The notes beneath the pieces are model-generated. The model worked only from the letters and a program-made list of their open reading frames with translations, ran no database searches and had not been told where the DNA came from. A stretch of 64,000 nt of DNA from Lama guanicoe. Taxonomy: Eukaryota. The first letter of the stretch is position 1. Each line of letters opens with the position of its first letter. Positions 36,286 to 48,059 of the stretch are shown here, piece by piece. The stretch lies in assembly GCA_013239625.1 (NCBI GenBank), contig MU054212.1, positions 8,914,898 through 8,978,897 on the forward strand, read 5' to 3'. Made by a program: the position numbers and the translations under genes.

Positions 36286-36798
36286 TGCTGCTGTCCTCTG
36301 TCCCTGGTGGGGGACTTGGGCTCCGGAAAGGGCAGGGCCAGGCATGCATGCTCTGTGGTGTCTGAGGGCTGGGCACGCGATGGCAGTCCTGCCTTGAGCC
36401 GGTCGTGTCATGGTGTGTTCAGCAAGCACCTTTTGGGGGTGAGCCCCTCACCTCCTACTCTTCCAGGCACCAAGTACTTGGGTGTGGAATTACAATCCCG
36501 GGGGGCTGCCTGTCTGCTGTGGGTCGAGGTGGCAAGCTTCTGGGAAGTGGAGATTGACTGAAAGCAACAACCATCAGATGTTGCTCACCAATCTATGGGT
36601 CTCCTGGGCAGTTCTGCTTTGGGCCAGTGTGGCTGATAACTGCTGGCTCTCTCCTGTGTCTGCCGTCTGCTGGTGGGTCATCTGGAAGCTTGGTGACCCA
36701 GACTGGCCTCACCCAGTGTGTGGCAGTGGGCGGGCTGTCGGCAGGGCCCTGCCCCTTCCGGAGCCCAAGACCCCCACCGGGGACAGAGGACAGCAGCA
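36286..36798. repeat. 54-bp inverted repeat pair (36286-36339 and 36745-36798), 51/54 identical
   Basis: tgctgctgtcctctgtccctggtgggggacttgggctccggaaagggcagggcc versus the reverse complement of ggccctgccccttccggagcccaagacccccaccggggacagaggacagcagca. Confidence 0.95.
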
Positions 36799-37050
36799 GG
36801 TACACCCAGGGATCCTGGAGGCCGGCTAACCCAGCTGTCTTCATGTGCTGGCAGAGTCCCAGGGGCAACAAGGGAGGCCAGCCTGAGCGAGCAAGGGGTT
36901 TTCAGGTCTCTACCAGGTCACATTTGCTACTGCATTGACCGAAGCAAGGCCAGCCCTGGTTCCAGGAGCAGAGAGGGAATCCACCTCTTGATGGAGGGAG
37001 CTGCACAAATTACACTGCAAGGGATGTGGGTGCAGGGATGAGAGGAACCG
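36560..37050 (-). mobile_element. MaLR LTR (MLT1H/J-like), interrupted by the inverted duplication
   Basis: aaagcaacaaccat...gctcaccaatctatggg...ctgggcagttctgc...ggcctcacc...cacatttgct...cattgaccgaagcaag...ccacctcttgatggagggagctgca. Confidence 0.7.
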
Positions 37051-39480
37051 ATGAAATGACATAAGCAAATGACATCTATTTTAGTTTTTTTCTTCAAAAA
37101 AAATCAGCATATATTTTCCCATTTCTGAACCCAAATTAGCTCAATGGACAGACCTCGGGTGTATTTATAGAACAGTTCCATGGAGATCTATTTCAGAGTT
37201 CCCCAGAACTTTATTGCCCAGACTAAGGATTACTTTAGACCTGCTGCCAAACCCAGATAATCATTAAGCCACCCCAGGAACATGCAGCTTCACTGGATTA
37301 AGGAAAGAAGAGAATATATAAGTTGAGACGTGACATCAGCCTTGTTTTAGATATTTTTCCTCCCCCAGGATGGTGTGTCTGCCGTTTCTTGAATGCACTG
37401 GCTTTGTGGGAACAGTCAGAAGAACCCCAGTGATCTTGGGCGAGCTGTCTGCAGGGAGTGGAGGGCTCTTTCCATGGCTCCAGAGATCCAGGGCCCATTT
37501 TAATGGTTGGTTTGGACCTGGAGGAGCAGCACCACATTCCAGCGTATTTGGAAGGGTCCCTCCTATGGCTCTGTGACTGACCCCCTCCTGAGCACCCTGT
37601 CCCCCACCAGGGTCCTGGCTACAGGTTTAAAGCCTGCAACCTGGTCCTCCTGCCGTGACTGTCACTGTCCCTAGCCTCCCCAAACTGCTGTCCTGTGGTC
37701 GCCCTGTAATGTTATCTTCCCGCGGGGCTCCTGGCTTTGTCCTGTGTCCTGAAGTGCCCGGCAGTGTCCTGGCCGCCGAACCTGGAGCCAAGAAAGGAGC
37801 ACAGGGGACATGCTGCCAGGGGATCAGGGCTGACATGAAGATTGCCAGAGTCAGGAAATTCCAGGGCCCTTAAGTCATTTGGGAAGACATTTGACTTGAG
37901 AGGCCCAGGGAGGGGATCTGATTGCCTCTGTGTCTGCAGGAGCTGAGGTTCCCGTCAGGAGCTGGTCTGGCAGGCAGGTGTCTTTAGAATCCTTCACTTT
38001 GCAGGCAGGGGCTGGATAGTTCCAGCTACCCCGTTGTAATAACCAGACTGGGGTTAATCTCCACTCACTCACTGCCTGTTGGCGTTGCGGCATTCTTTTA
38101 TAACTGTTCCTTAGTTGTCCCTGACAAGATTGAAGGATGCATTTGGGGTACCTTTCAGTTTGTAAAAATGATGCCCAACCCCAGGGTATGGAGGGGATTT
38201 TACTGTTTCAGTGGGTCAGTCTAGCCGAGAAGTCTTGGATTTGTACCCGTTGGCTCATGTGATGGTTTAAATATTAATCGTGTGCATCTGGGGTGTGATG
38301 ATGGCGGGGCTCGTGCTGTGGAATGGAGCAGGCAGGGTGTGTTGATTCATTTGACATCTTCACGGGCTGCCCACGTCCTTGGGGCCCGCTAGTGCACGTG
38401 CCCGGCTCGCCAAGAGGGGGCAGTGTCTGACCTTACCCCCTTCCTGTAGCCCTACTGGGAGGACCCCACACACACTTCTCGAGGGAATAAAAGGCGCAGA
38501 GTCATCGTTTCGGTTTTAGTTGAATGACTTGCCAGCACACATCGCCCAATTGTTATTTAGGGAGGCAGGGTCCTGACACCTGGCCATGGAAGTAATGGCA
38601 GCCTTTCTCCTGGCAGGGGTCGGGGGTGGGGCAGCTTTAGGGAAGATGCCTGAGTCTCCGAGGCCACGGCTGCTAATTATAGCAGAAGGAATATAACTGA
38701 GGATGAACGTCCACACGTTTTGACGGCTGATTTGGATGGCTTGTTATTCTCTTCTTGTTCTGTTGGCAGGTCATGCTTACTTGACAAAAATGATCTTTGA
38801 GGAAAGGAAGTGTGTATGTGTTCCTTGGTGCCCAGCCCATGCCCGACATATAATTTTGTTAAAATCGCTATGGAAATGGCAGTAGTTAATGATGCCTTGA
38901 ATGTGAGGAGAGGGATGATGAGAGCAGGCAGTTCTGCTCAGGTTTGGGACACTGTTGTCAGAAGCTGGGGAGATGGTGGGCTTCCTGTTGTGATCCAGGG
39001 CTGGCGGGAGCACATGGAGACGGAAACTTGGTGCGGGGCGGGGCGCGTTGAGGCAAACCAGACACTCGCTCTGGTGGCTGGGAATAAAATCGGAAGGTAT
39101 GGGGTGGAGATAATGTGGCAAATACCCGTGGTTGCCTGTAAGGATGGGCTTACTGGTGGCCCCCAGGAATCCACCTCTGCCCCAGGTAAGGAGAGCATAG
39201 GGTGATGGGGGGGCAGTGAGGACCGAAAGCCCAGGACAGGGTCGCTCTGCCTTTCGTCCACTCCCTGCTCTTCTCCACTTAGGCGCCTCTAATTAATGAT
39301 TTTCGAGGGCCAGGAGAAGTGTGTGCTGGAGGCCTGGCGGCTCGAGAAGGCCGATCGATAAATCTCAGGAATACTGTGAACGAGGTGTTCAACGCAGTCA
39401 TTATTAAAAATTAAATTATCCTGTATAAACGTGCAATGAATAAAAGTGATATTAGAACAAAGGTGTAAGTACTCGAAACA

Positions 39481-39561
39481 ATACATATATAAAACCGAAT
39501 CATTTTGCTGTACACCTGAAATTAACAATGTTGTAAATCAACTATACTTCAGTTAAAAACA
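39481..39561 (+). mobile_element. Very short L1 3' end
   Basis: aaccgaatcattttgctgtacacctgaaattaacaatgttgtaaatcaactatacttca; probable TSD TACTCGAAACA (39470-39480) / TACTCAAAACA (39562-39572). Confidence 0.85.
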
Positions 39562-41439
39562 TACTCAAAACAGGTTGCTTCCTAACGGTTTTAGTACATT
39601 TTACTGCTGCCTATGCTTGGGAGGTCACTTCGGTCTCTTGAGTCTTGTCTGCCTCTGTGTTTTTTAGCTCCACGCTCAGTGACTTCACGTTGGTAGCTTG
39701 AAACGGGCCACAGTGGGAGTATGTGTACCACATACACGTGCACAAGCTGTCTCTCTCCACCCCGGAGCAGTGCTTCCTCTCCACTGGGTTCTCTCTGTCT
39801 GGCCTGAGTGTGGACCACAGCCTTGGAATACCTCGGACCTCCTGGAGGGGAAAGCAGAAACTCTTATCCAAAAGCTTCCTTCTCTGGGCTCCCACATTTG
39901 CAGGGGCGGAGGCAAACTAAATTGTTATGCTTTAAAGGGCTTTCATTATTCCTGTCTTCTAGTCTGTAGATTATATATGGGATTAAAAATAAGCAGAAGG
40001 ATTAATAATGTCAACGGAACAGACCAAGTAAGCTTTATTAGTTCAAAATGTCTGTGGGAGGTGAAAGCAAGAATGATCTGTAGTGATGTCAGCTCTATGC
40101 ATGGTCCAGTGTACATGGTAACAGGTTCAGTTTCTAATGGAAATTTCCAGTGAGGAATGATAAAGTCTGATTTCAGCCTACAGGAGACCCTTGGCCCAGG
40201 AGGATGCCTTTTGCAGGAAATCTCTCCTGTCTGCTGCTTTTGGGGAGCCAGTTCCCCTTGGTGTTCCCCCAAAACCCTGGGCGCACCTCTGGTACCACGG
40301 TACAGGGCGTTTGGCCTGTTTGGTTCCTGGTTTCACAGATCAGATAACCATCTGTAAAATGCCAGTCAAGAATGCCTACCCTGACCAGCACGCCTTTACT
40401 AGTTGGTTATTAGAGAAATAAAACAAGTGAATCAAATAGGATTAACCCCTTCAAATGATTTAACTAGGTATGTCTTACAAATAATAAAGAACAAATTCCT
40501 TTCATTCTGGTGAGGATAACCAGAAACACGGAACGGCGGGGTCTCTGCGAGAATTAGCCGCTTGTTATCAATGCCGGTTCCAGACAAGCTGACAGAGTAC
40601 AATTCTCTTGTTGAGGGCAATAAGCAGAGCTTTTCTATCAAAGGAGACTCATTCCTTGTTTGAAATCTCACTTACAGCGGGAGGATTATCCGGCATTTAC
40701 CTAGATGTTTTAAAGTAGCCACGTATTTGCCTCCATTCTCTCCAACCTTCTGGTGTTTTGGAATAAAAGCCTTAACTCACCAAGTGGATAAATAATAAAA
40801 GCCACCGTTACAGCCTGAGAAATCAGGCATGAAGTTATGATACATTTGGATGAGCTCATAATGTTTATCTTTGGTAAAATTGCTTTCCTGTATTTTTAAG
40901 TGTATTGATTATTCTAAATGTCATGTAGTGCTGGCTCATTGAAATAACCTCAGAACCTTAAGGACATACTCTGGCAAAGGCTCACGTCTTGTTCTTGTCA
41001 CCGTCTGGGATGGGCCAGTGGAGGCTGGGCAGCAAAGTGCTCTCTTGCATGCAGTGATACAGGAACTTGAGCTCCTTCTGTCCCGGGTCTGCTGGTTTCC
41101 AGGCTTTGGGATCCTCTCTGGCTCCTCTGCATCTGGCAACAGGCCCGAGAAGAAAGGTGGACAGTTGTGTGAGGGTGTGTGGCCAGGTCTGTCGGGAGCC
41201 TTCTTCCCTTTCACTGGTATTCCAGCGGTCAGTACTCAGTTACACGGCAGTAGCCCAACTATAGGCCTGGGTTGTGTGGTCTCTGTTCCCAGGAGGAAAA
41301 GGGAATGGGGTTGGTAAACACGTGGCATTACCTTGACCACACCAGAACACTCAGATGACACAAGCTGCATTTTGTAAACGTCTTTGATGGTCTCTGACTT
41401 TAGAAAGGATGCAGAGCGTCGTGATTGAGAATGTGACCT

Positions 41440-41655
41440 TGATTTACATGACCTGTATCCAGATTCCAGCTCCACCATTTACCAGCTGTGACATTGGGCA
41501 AGTACCTTAGTCTCTCTCTGTGCCTCAGTTTCCTCCTCTGTAAAAGGGGAATAGCAACAGAAATGAATAGGGTTCGTGTGAGAATCAAACGATGTAACAT
41601 GGTTAGAATTATGAACGGAACATAATTAACACCATATAAGTATTTGTTAAGTAAA
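41440..41655 (+). mobile_element. MIR SINE
   Basis: ccagctccaccatttaccagctgtgacattgggcaagtaccttagtctctctgtgcctcagtttcctcctctgtaaaagggga. Confidence 0.88.
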
Positions 41656-41789
41656 TTTTCTAAAAATGAAATTAGTAACAAAGAGACCTAATGTCCTCTT
41701 TGGTATGCTGTAGTTTGGATATGTTGCCATTCAGATGGAGAATGTTTTGTTTTTTCATTTCAATTGTAAAAATATTTCATGAGCAAAAA

Positions 41790-42232
41790 TTTTTTAAATT
41801 GAAGTATAGTTGATTTACCATGTTGTGTTAGTTTCTGGTGTACAGCATAGTGATTCAGTTATACATGTGTAAATATATATTCTTTTTCATTATAGGATAT
41901 TACAAGGTATTGAATATAGTTCCCTGTGCTAAACAGTAGGACCTGGTTGTTTATCTATTTTATATATAGTTGTTTGTACCTGCTAATCTTAAACTCCTAA
42001 TTTATCCCTCCCCCCGCCCTTTCCCTTTCAGCAGTCATTTGTTTTCTATGTCTGTGTAACATTGGGGTGCATGTATCTTTTTGAATTAGAGTTTCCTCCA
42101 GGTACATGCACAGGAGTGGGGTTGCTGGATCATAGGATAACTCTACTTTTAGTTTTTAAGGAACCTCCGTACTGTCCTCCATAGTGGCTGCACCAAATTA
42201 CATCCCCACCAATGATGTAGGAGGGACCCTTT
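41790..42232 (-). mobile_element. Cetartiodactyl-type L1 3' fragment with an internal deletion
   Basis: ttttaaattgaagtatagttgatttacc...; junction ttctatgtctgtgt|aacattggggtgc at about 42057. Confidence 0.9.
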
Positions 42233-42698
42233 TTATCGAGCAGCTATTAATTGCAATGTGCCAGGCAGGACCTGAATTAGTAGGCTTCTTACTGGGTCAA
42301 AGGAAACAGCGTGTTTTCCCCACCAAATTTGTCTTTTGAACTCTTGGTCTCTGAATCCATGGACACATTGGCCTCGTGATCTTGGTTTCCACTCCCCAAA
42401 TCCTTGGCTTCTCCTGGACGCCCCCGAGTGGAAAGTGGCATCAGCCAGTGCCCAGTCCTTCTCCGCCCCGCCCATGTCTTTTGGGCCCTGTCAGTGCCAT
42501 TTCCTCAGTAGGTGCCATTTCTGTCATCAATTATGCAATTTGTGTCCAATCTATTTGTATTAACATGCTTCCTCTTCCAGTTCTGATCTAATTTTCGGAA
42601 TAATGCTGCATTTTAAACAACACATGAGGGCAACATGAAGTGATCTCTCCGTGCAAATCCGGGAGCAGGCTGGGCTTAATGGGCTCTTTCTCTTGCAG

Positions 42699-42805
42699 CT
42701 GGACGACTGCACGCTGCAGCTCTCCCACAACGGCACCTACCTGGACTTGGAGGCCACCCTGGCCGAGCAGCGGGACGAGTTAGAAGGCTTCCAGGATGAC
42801 GCTGG
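42699..42805 (+). CDS. FHOD3: FHOD3 coding exon 2 (107 nt, phase 0 to phase 2), N-terminal GBD region
   Basis: Acceptor ctctttctcttgcag| and donor |gtaaga. Translates LDDCTLQLSHNGTYLDLEATLAEQRDELEGFQDDA(G), which I recognise as the FHOD3 N-terminus following ...LLQAPHK. CpG-rich codons; joins the next exon in frame. Confidence 0.97.
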
Positions 42806-43474
42806 GTAAGAGCGGCAGTTGTCCCTGCCAGCCAGTCCTTCAAAGAAACAGGGGTGCACTGAGGCCTTAAAATCTTTTGAAGGAACCACCATAGCTTTGA
42901 CCATCTCTTCACTCGCAATCACACACAAAAAAAGGGGGCTGCAAGTGACTCACCGGTAGTAACTGCAAATGCTTTTGAATTTGAGTAACTCTTCTTGATG
43001 AGGCTACTTGGGGATAGGAAGATTTCTTGTATAGTTTAATTACGCACATGGTGTTTACAGTCTAAGTTTTTAAAAAAATCAAATATGCTTAAATTAATAT
43101 TAAGATTACTGTGGATTGACAACTGTTTTATATGTTGTTTTTAATGACAACTTCCTGGATATTTAGTGTTTTTTGGGCAAATGCCCTTTTAGATCATCTT
43201 ACACTATATCACAATCTTTTGAACTCATTACAGTGGAGAAAATAATTATTAATTATGTCAACTAACATCAAGTTATGTTTAGCCTACATCTAGAATTGTT
43301 TAATATTTCTGATTGCTGTGAGTCTGAATAAAGCAATTCACACGAAAAAGTGAGAGATGTGCACAGAAAGTAAAACCACTGTGGAATATGCCCATATGGT
43401 CAGCCATTCTGATATTTATTAGATTATGTTTTTCAAGTGATAGTTTTATTCTTTTCCAGGTTTTTTTTTAACTG

Positions 43475-43635
43475 TTCATGTTGAGATGATTTTTTAACTT
43501 CCAGAAGGGTTGAAAATAAAGCACTGATATTTCCCAAATACCCTTTACCCAGTTTCCCATAATGTTAACATATTACGTAACCATGGCAAATTTGTCCAAA
43601 CCAAGAAATTAATATTTGCAAAGTATTATTATATA
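43475..43635 (-). mobile_element. L1MC-like 3' end
   Basis: ataccctttacccagtttcccataatgttaacatattacgtaaccatggcaaatttgtccaaaccaagaaattaatatt. Confidence 0.7.
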
Positions 43636-44344
43636 TTGATGAGATTATTGAAATGCTCTTTTGATGGGGCCCTTCCTCCCTTTCTATTCGTCATTCATCC
43701 AGAGCCAGGTTTATCTCTGGTTTCATCACCTTACTATGGAGGAGCCTTCAGAGGCTCCCTGTGGCTTTCCTAATAACATCCAGCCATTTGGATCTGGTGT
43801 TTGGGGACCTACCCAAAAGTTGTTTTGAAGCTGCCTTGCCTGAGCTAGAAATATGTTACAGTCAGATGAATATTATCTGAGAGTGCTGATTTTTCATGAA
43901 TGGCTCAAAAAATGAGGAAAAATGGGCAACTTCTTGGTGTGAGCATCCCACTGGACACCAGTGTGTATGATGACTTCTTGGGTTTCCCTGGCTTTAACGC
44001 CCATCGCAAGTTATGGTCCTTCCCTCTTTAATTATCCCTTTTCTCTGCTGCTAGGATCTTGCTAGGTCATAACTGGGCCTGTCTGAATATCCAGCCCAAC
44101 ATTTTCGATCCACATTATAGGACTCAGCCCTGCTGGCCAGGTGAATGGCAGGATCCCAGCATGGACTCCTGAGGGGCATGACCTTGAGCGCCAGGACCAG
44201 GGTCCTTGGTAGGAACCAGTAAGGCTCCCTGAGGATGCCCTTCCTGTCTTCTGAGTGGGTCCAAGGGCCACACCAATAGCATGTGGGGAAGGACCCTGGA
44301 ACCTGCCACAGGCTCGACACACGTAGGGGGGTTTCCATATTAAG

Positions 44345-44620
44345 TCACATCAGACTCTTCTCATCATCATTTAAAAAAATTGACATTATTAGGCTGATAG
44401 ATTTGGGGAAATCCCATTGCTGTAGTTTTTACCAAGTATTTGACAATGACATTCGTTTATTTAAGATGTCAGCATTCAGGCCAGGTGACACTCCAGTGGA
44501 ATGACTTCACGGCTCATTGATCAAACAGATACCAGGAGTGTTAAGTGTAGATCATAGCCAATTTGTAAAACGTCTCTAGTGACATTGTGCTTGAAGACCA
44601 TGACCTGTTTGATATTTTTT
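44345..44620 (+). mobile_element. CR1/L3 LINE reverse-transcriptase relic
   Basis: aggctgatagatttggggaaat...gtagtttttaccaagtatttgacaa resembles the CR1 RT 'LVD.G..VD.VYLDFSKAFD' region; later gtctctagtg...cctgtttgatatttt. Confidence 0.55.
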
Positions 44621-44719
44621 TCTTTCTTCTCAAAACTTGACTGATTTGGAGATGGCACCTTAGAAAAAAAAAGTTACTATATTAGATCACAGTATTGAGT
44701 TAAGAGTAGGGAAGAAAAT

Positions 44720-44965
44720 AACATCCATGGAGCAACTGCTGTCCCGGCCACCGTGTCAGGCACCTCATTCACAGTGTGTCTGTTTAATAGTTCATTCTCT
44801 TAATCATCACAAACATGGGATTACATATTATTGTCTCCATTTTCCATTTGAAACAACGGAGGGCCAGGGGTTAGGTTACATGTCCAGGGAGGCAGAGCCG
44901 GTAGATGGTGGAGCCAAGCTGGACCACAGATGTGACTGATTTCCAGGTCTGCACTCCTCTGCCAC
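44720..44965 (-). mobile_element. MIR SINE
   Basis: ttaatcatcacaaac...tattattgtctccattttccatttgaaacaacggagggccaggggttaggttacatgtcc...gtagatggtggagcc. Confidence 0.7.
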
Positions 44966-45579
44966 CCCAGGAGCTTCCAGGTAACGGCATTTCAGTTTCT
45001 CCTGAGGATGTCTGTTTGCATCCATGGTGACATGGTTGGTTCGTGCAAGGACGTCACCAGTTCCAGGCTCACACGCTGGCTCTAGTTGAAACAGCGCCCA
45101 CTGCAGGGTGACTCTGTCACCTGGCATGCTCTCCCTCCAGAACTCTAATGGGTCTGAACCTGGTAGCTGAGGAAGGTGGGTGGACTGGGGCTTGGCCCAC
45201 TGGAGGAAGGGGAGGGATCTGTGAGTCTGGAGATTCGATACTAGTTGAGTAGAGGGGAACAGGAGGGAAAAAATGGACATTAGGTGGGGAGTGTACAGTT
45301 GGTGGACCACTCAGCAGCAGGCTGTGGAGTTGGGGCAGTTTGGGGAGGGAGGGAAGAGGTTGACACATGTTCGTCTGAGGTTGTGTCCAGCCAGGCTCAA
45401 GGTGTGAGGTGGCCAGGTGAGAAACACTGGCCTGGGACCCAGGGGAGAAACAGCAAGGACCAGGGAGACTGGGGGTGATCTCTTGGAGGAAGGAAGTTGA
45501 AAACCTAAAACTTTTCTAAAGAAATGAAGTCTATTAATAAAAAAAAAAAGATATGGTTAATTAGGCTACCTGGGGGACC

Positions 45580-46360
45580 ATATGTTGATTACAAGATGCT
45601 CTTAGGAACCCGGCTTCTTTTCTTCTTCTACTCTGCCATCCTGAGGCTGTAGCTTTCATCTTTCACACTTCATCGTAGTTACAATACGGCTGCTCTCCCT
45701 CCAGTGTCTTATCAGCGCAGGAGGTCATGTGCTCGGCAGGGTACAGCTTTCTCTGACGCAACCAAGAGATTCCAAATTATGGCAGTTTAGATGTAAAGGT
45801 AAAAATTTCTTTCTTGTATAAGAGTCCAAATGTAGGCCGTCTTCCTTGGGACTGGTGGAGCAGCTATACCACCCTTAAAATGAAAATTCCATCTCTGTGT
45901 CCGGAGTGGTTGCTTTAGCTTTTACCTTTTCATCTGCATCCCAGCTGCCAGGAAGACGGAAGTGGACAGAGGGAGTGCGTGTCCATTCCTTGTGCACATG
46001 GCTTTCACTCACATGCCATCAGCCAGAACTTAGGTCCATGATCCTACCATGGCAGTGGGCTTGTGTCCAGCTAACCCTCCACCTCTATAGTCCCTGCCTT
46101 AGATGGGGATGATGAGGAGCGAACATTGATGCCAGCTGGGTCTGTCCCTTTTAAAGGGTTTTTACAGACCCTCCACCGGCAACTTCCATCTACAGTTCAC
46201 CGAAGAGAACTGTGACACGCGGCCACTCTTGGTGGCCAGGGAGACTGGAGAATATAGTTTTTAGGTGGGTACATTGTCACCGCAAGCAAAATCAGGTTCT
46301 TTTTATAAAACAAAAGAGGAAAATGGGTATTGGGTGGGTAACCTGCAGTGTCTGCCTCGG
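45580..46360 (-). mobile_element. Old MaLR LTR fragments (MLT1J/K-like), probably two elements
   Basis: ggaacccggcttctttt...ctctgccatcctgagg; ttttctcttgtataagagtcca...; cagccagaacttaggtccatg; aacttccatctacag...agaactgtgacacgcggccactct...agggagactggagaatatagtttt. Confidence 0.55.
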
Positions 46361-46634
46361 CCAGCAGAAAATTTCAAAGAAAGGGCAGTTAAGAAGACTG
46401 TGCTACAGAAAATTCAGGTTGTGAGAGGCCAAAGGCAAGGCCAAGGGAGTGGTACAGAGGAGCTTTGCGGTGTCCTGGGGAGAAAGGAAGCAGAGAGTAG
46501 TTGGGGGAGGTGCAGCTGGAGATGGGGCAGGGAGAGAAGGTGGGGCTGAGACAGCGGGGCAGTAGGACTGCACAGGAACTGGAAATTGTGGTTGAACAGA
46601 GGCTTCTTTCCCATTAGGAGAGACCTGATGGGGA

Positions 46635-46712
46635 GAAGCTAAAACTATAAAACTCTTAGAAGAAAATAGGAGTAAGGCTTCGTTTCTTAGATCTGACACC
46701 AAAAGCATAATA
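46635..46712 (+). mobile_element. Short L1 ORF2 fragment
   Basis: aagctaaaactataaaactcttagaagaaaatagg...tttcttagatctgacaccaaaagcataa (KTIKLLEEN...FLDLTPKA motif). Confidence 0.7.
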
Positions 46713-47696
46713 TTAGCCTGTGTCGGAGACAAGGAAGCTGAGGCTCATAGAAGCTAAGGAACTTGTGCAGGATCGCACAGCTGGCTGCGGAGTTTATGCT
46801 CCAGAACACATCTGGAGATGAGCGTAGTGGCTCCTAGCTCTCTTAGCCTTTGAGCTTCTGAGCAAATCAATCTTCGTGAGTACCACCCTTTTACTAGCTG
46901 ATGACTGATTCATATCCTTCTTCAGCAGAGCGCTGGCTGGCACATTCCTGGGGCAGTCTCTGCTCCTGCGGTATCATCAAACACGTGTTTTCTGCTCCTG
47001 ACCGAAATGACAGCTGAGTCTGAATTCGAGTGGAGGAATATCTGGGGGCATTGATTTCTGCTATTGATTGTGAGAAAAACTCAAGCCTTTGGCTCCAGGC
47101 CACTCAATAAGATAATGCAAGTTACATTACATGTACATGTTACATGGTATTCTTATAGAAATATTTTCTTGAGAGACGGGGACATGGGTTTCTATGAGAC
47201 TTATTTGGTTAAACCAGATCTTTTTCCCAAGGCCATAGACATTATGGTAGTTCTGCGAAACGGACGTTTTGGCCAGTTCCTTCAGCGCTAGTGCTGTCAC
47301 ATCCCTGGCACGTGTGCCTCGGCAGGAGTCTCTTTGAACTGAGCGTACGTTTTGATGCCCTCACTGCTTGGGTAGCATCGGCCTGGGGGGTGGGCACCCC
47401 ATTACCTGGCAGTGGCTGCACTGATAGGAATGGAGTCTGAGTCTGCCTGGGGAGTTTTGAGTCAAACCAAACTGCCTTTGCCTCTGGGTCACCAGATTCT
47501 AGTACTTGGTGCGTTCCCATTTCACTCCGCTGCAAACAGGCAGGTTTGGAAGGAGGGGCAGCTGTGATGCTGATCCAGCCTACTGATATCAGGGAGAGAA
47601 GGACCACTAACATGCCTCGAGGGCACACACATTGACAGCCTGTTACTGATTTTACTTTGGAAATACGGGAGCTCCACTAAAGCAGACCCCAACTTG

Positions 47697-47975
47697 GTGT
47701 TAGAGTTCTCCAGAGAAATAGCGCCAGTAAGATATCTGTCTCGCTGTCCATCCATCTAGTCTAATCTAGCTTAATCTGTCCATTCCATCTGGTCTGCCCA
47801 GAGAGGGTTACTTCAGGTAATTAGCTCACGCCATTATGGGGCCTGGCAAACCTGAGATCTGTAGAATGGGCCAGCAGGCTGGAGATTCAGATGAGAATTG
47901 ACATTGCAGTCGTGAGTCCGAGATCTGCACGACCGCCTGGCAGGCAGGATTTCTGTGTTGCTGTCTCGAGGCTGA
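47697..47975 (-). mobile_element. ERVL LTR (MLT2-like) fragment
   Basis: gagttctccagagaaatag...aattagctcacgccattatggggcctggcaaacctgagatctgtag...gccagcaggctggagattcag. Confidence 0.8.
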
Positions 47976-48059
47976 CTGTCCCTTGGGCACCTAACGTAGA
48001 GTCCAGCTCAGGGTAGACGCCAGTGGACACGTGTGGAATGAGAGCGTGCATGAGAACAC

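Larger units (their letters stand above)
1..42698 (+). other. FHOD3: FHOD3 intron 1 (3' part; exon 1 lies upstream of the window)
   Basis: I found no sequence encoding the FHOD3 start (MATLACRVQFLDD...) in the window; the region ends at the exon 2 acceptor AG (42697-42698). Confidence 0.85.

Noticed and set aside
35804..36938. Two ORFs sharing the peptide PCPFRSP.PPPGTEDSS, suggesting a duplicated domain
   Set aside because: An artefact of the 54-bp DNA inverted repeat read on opposite strands.
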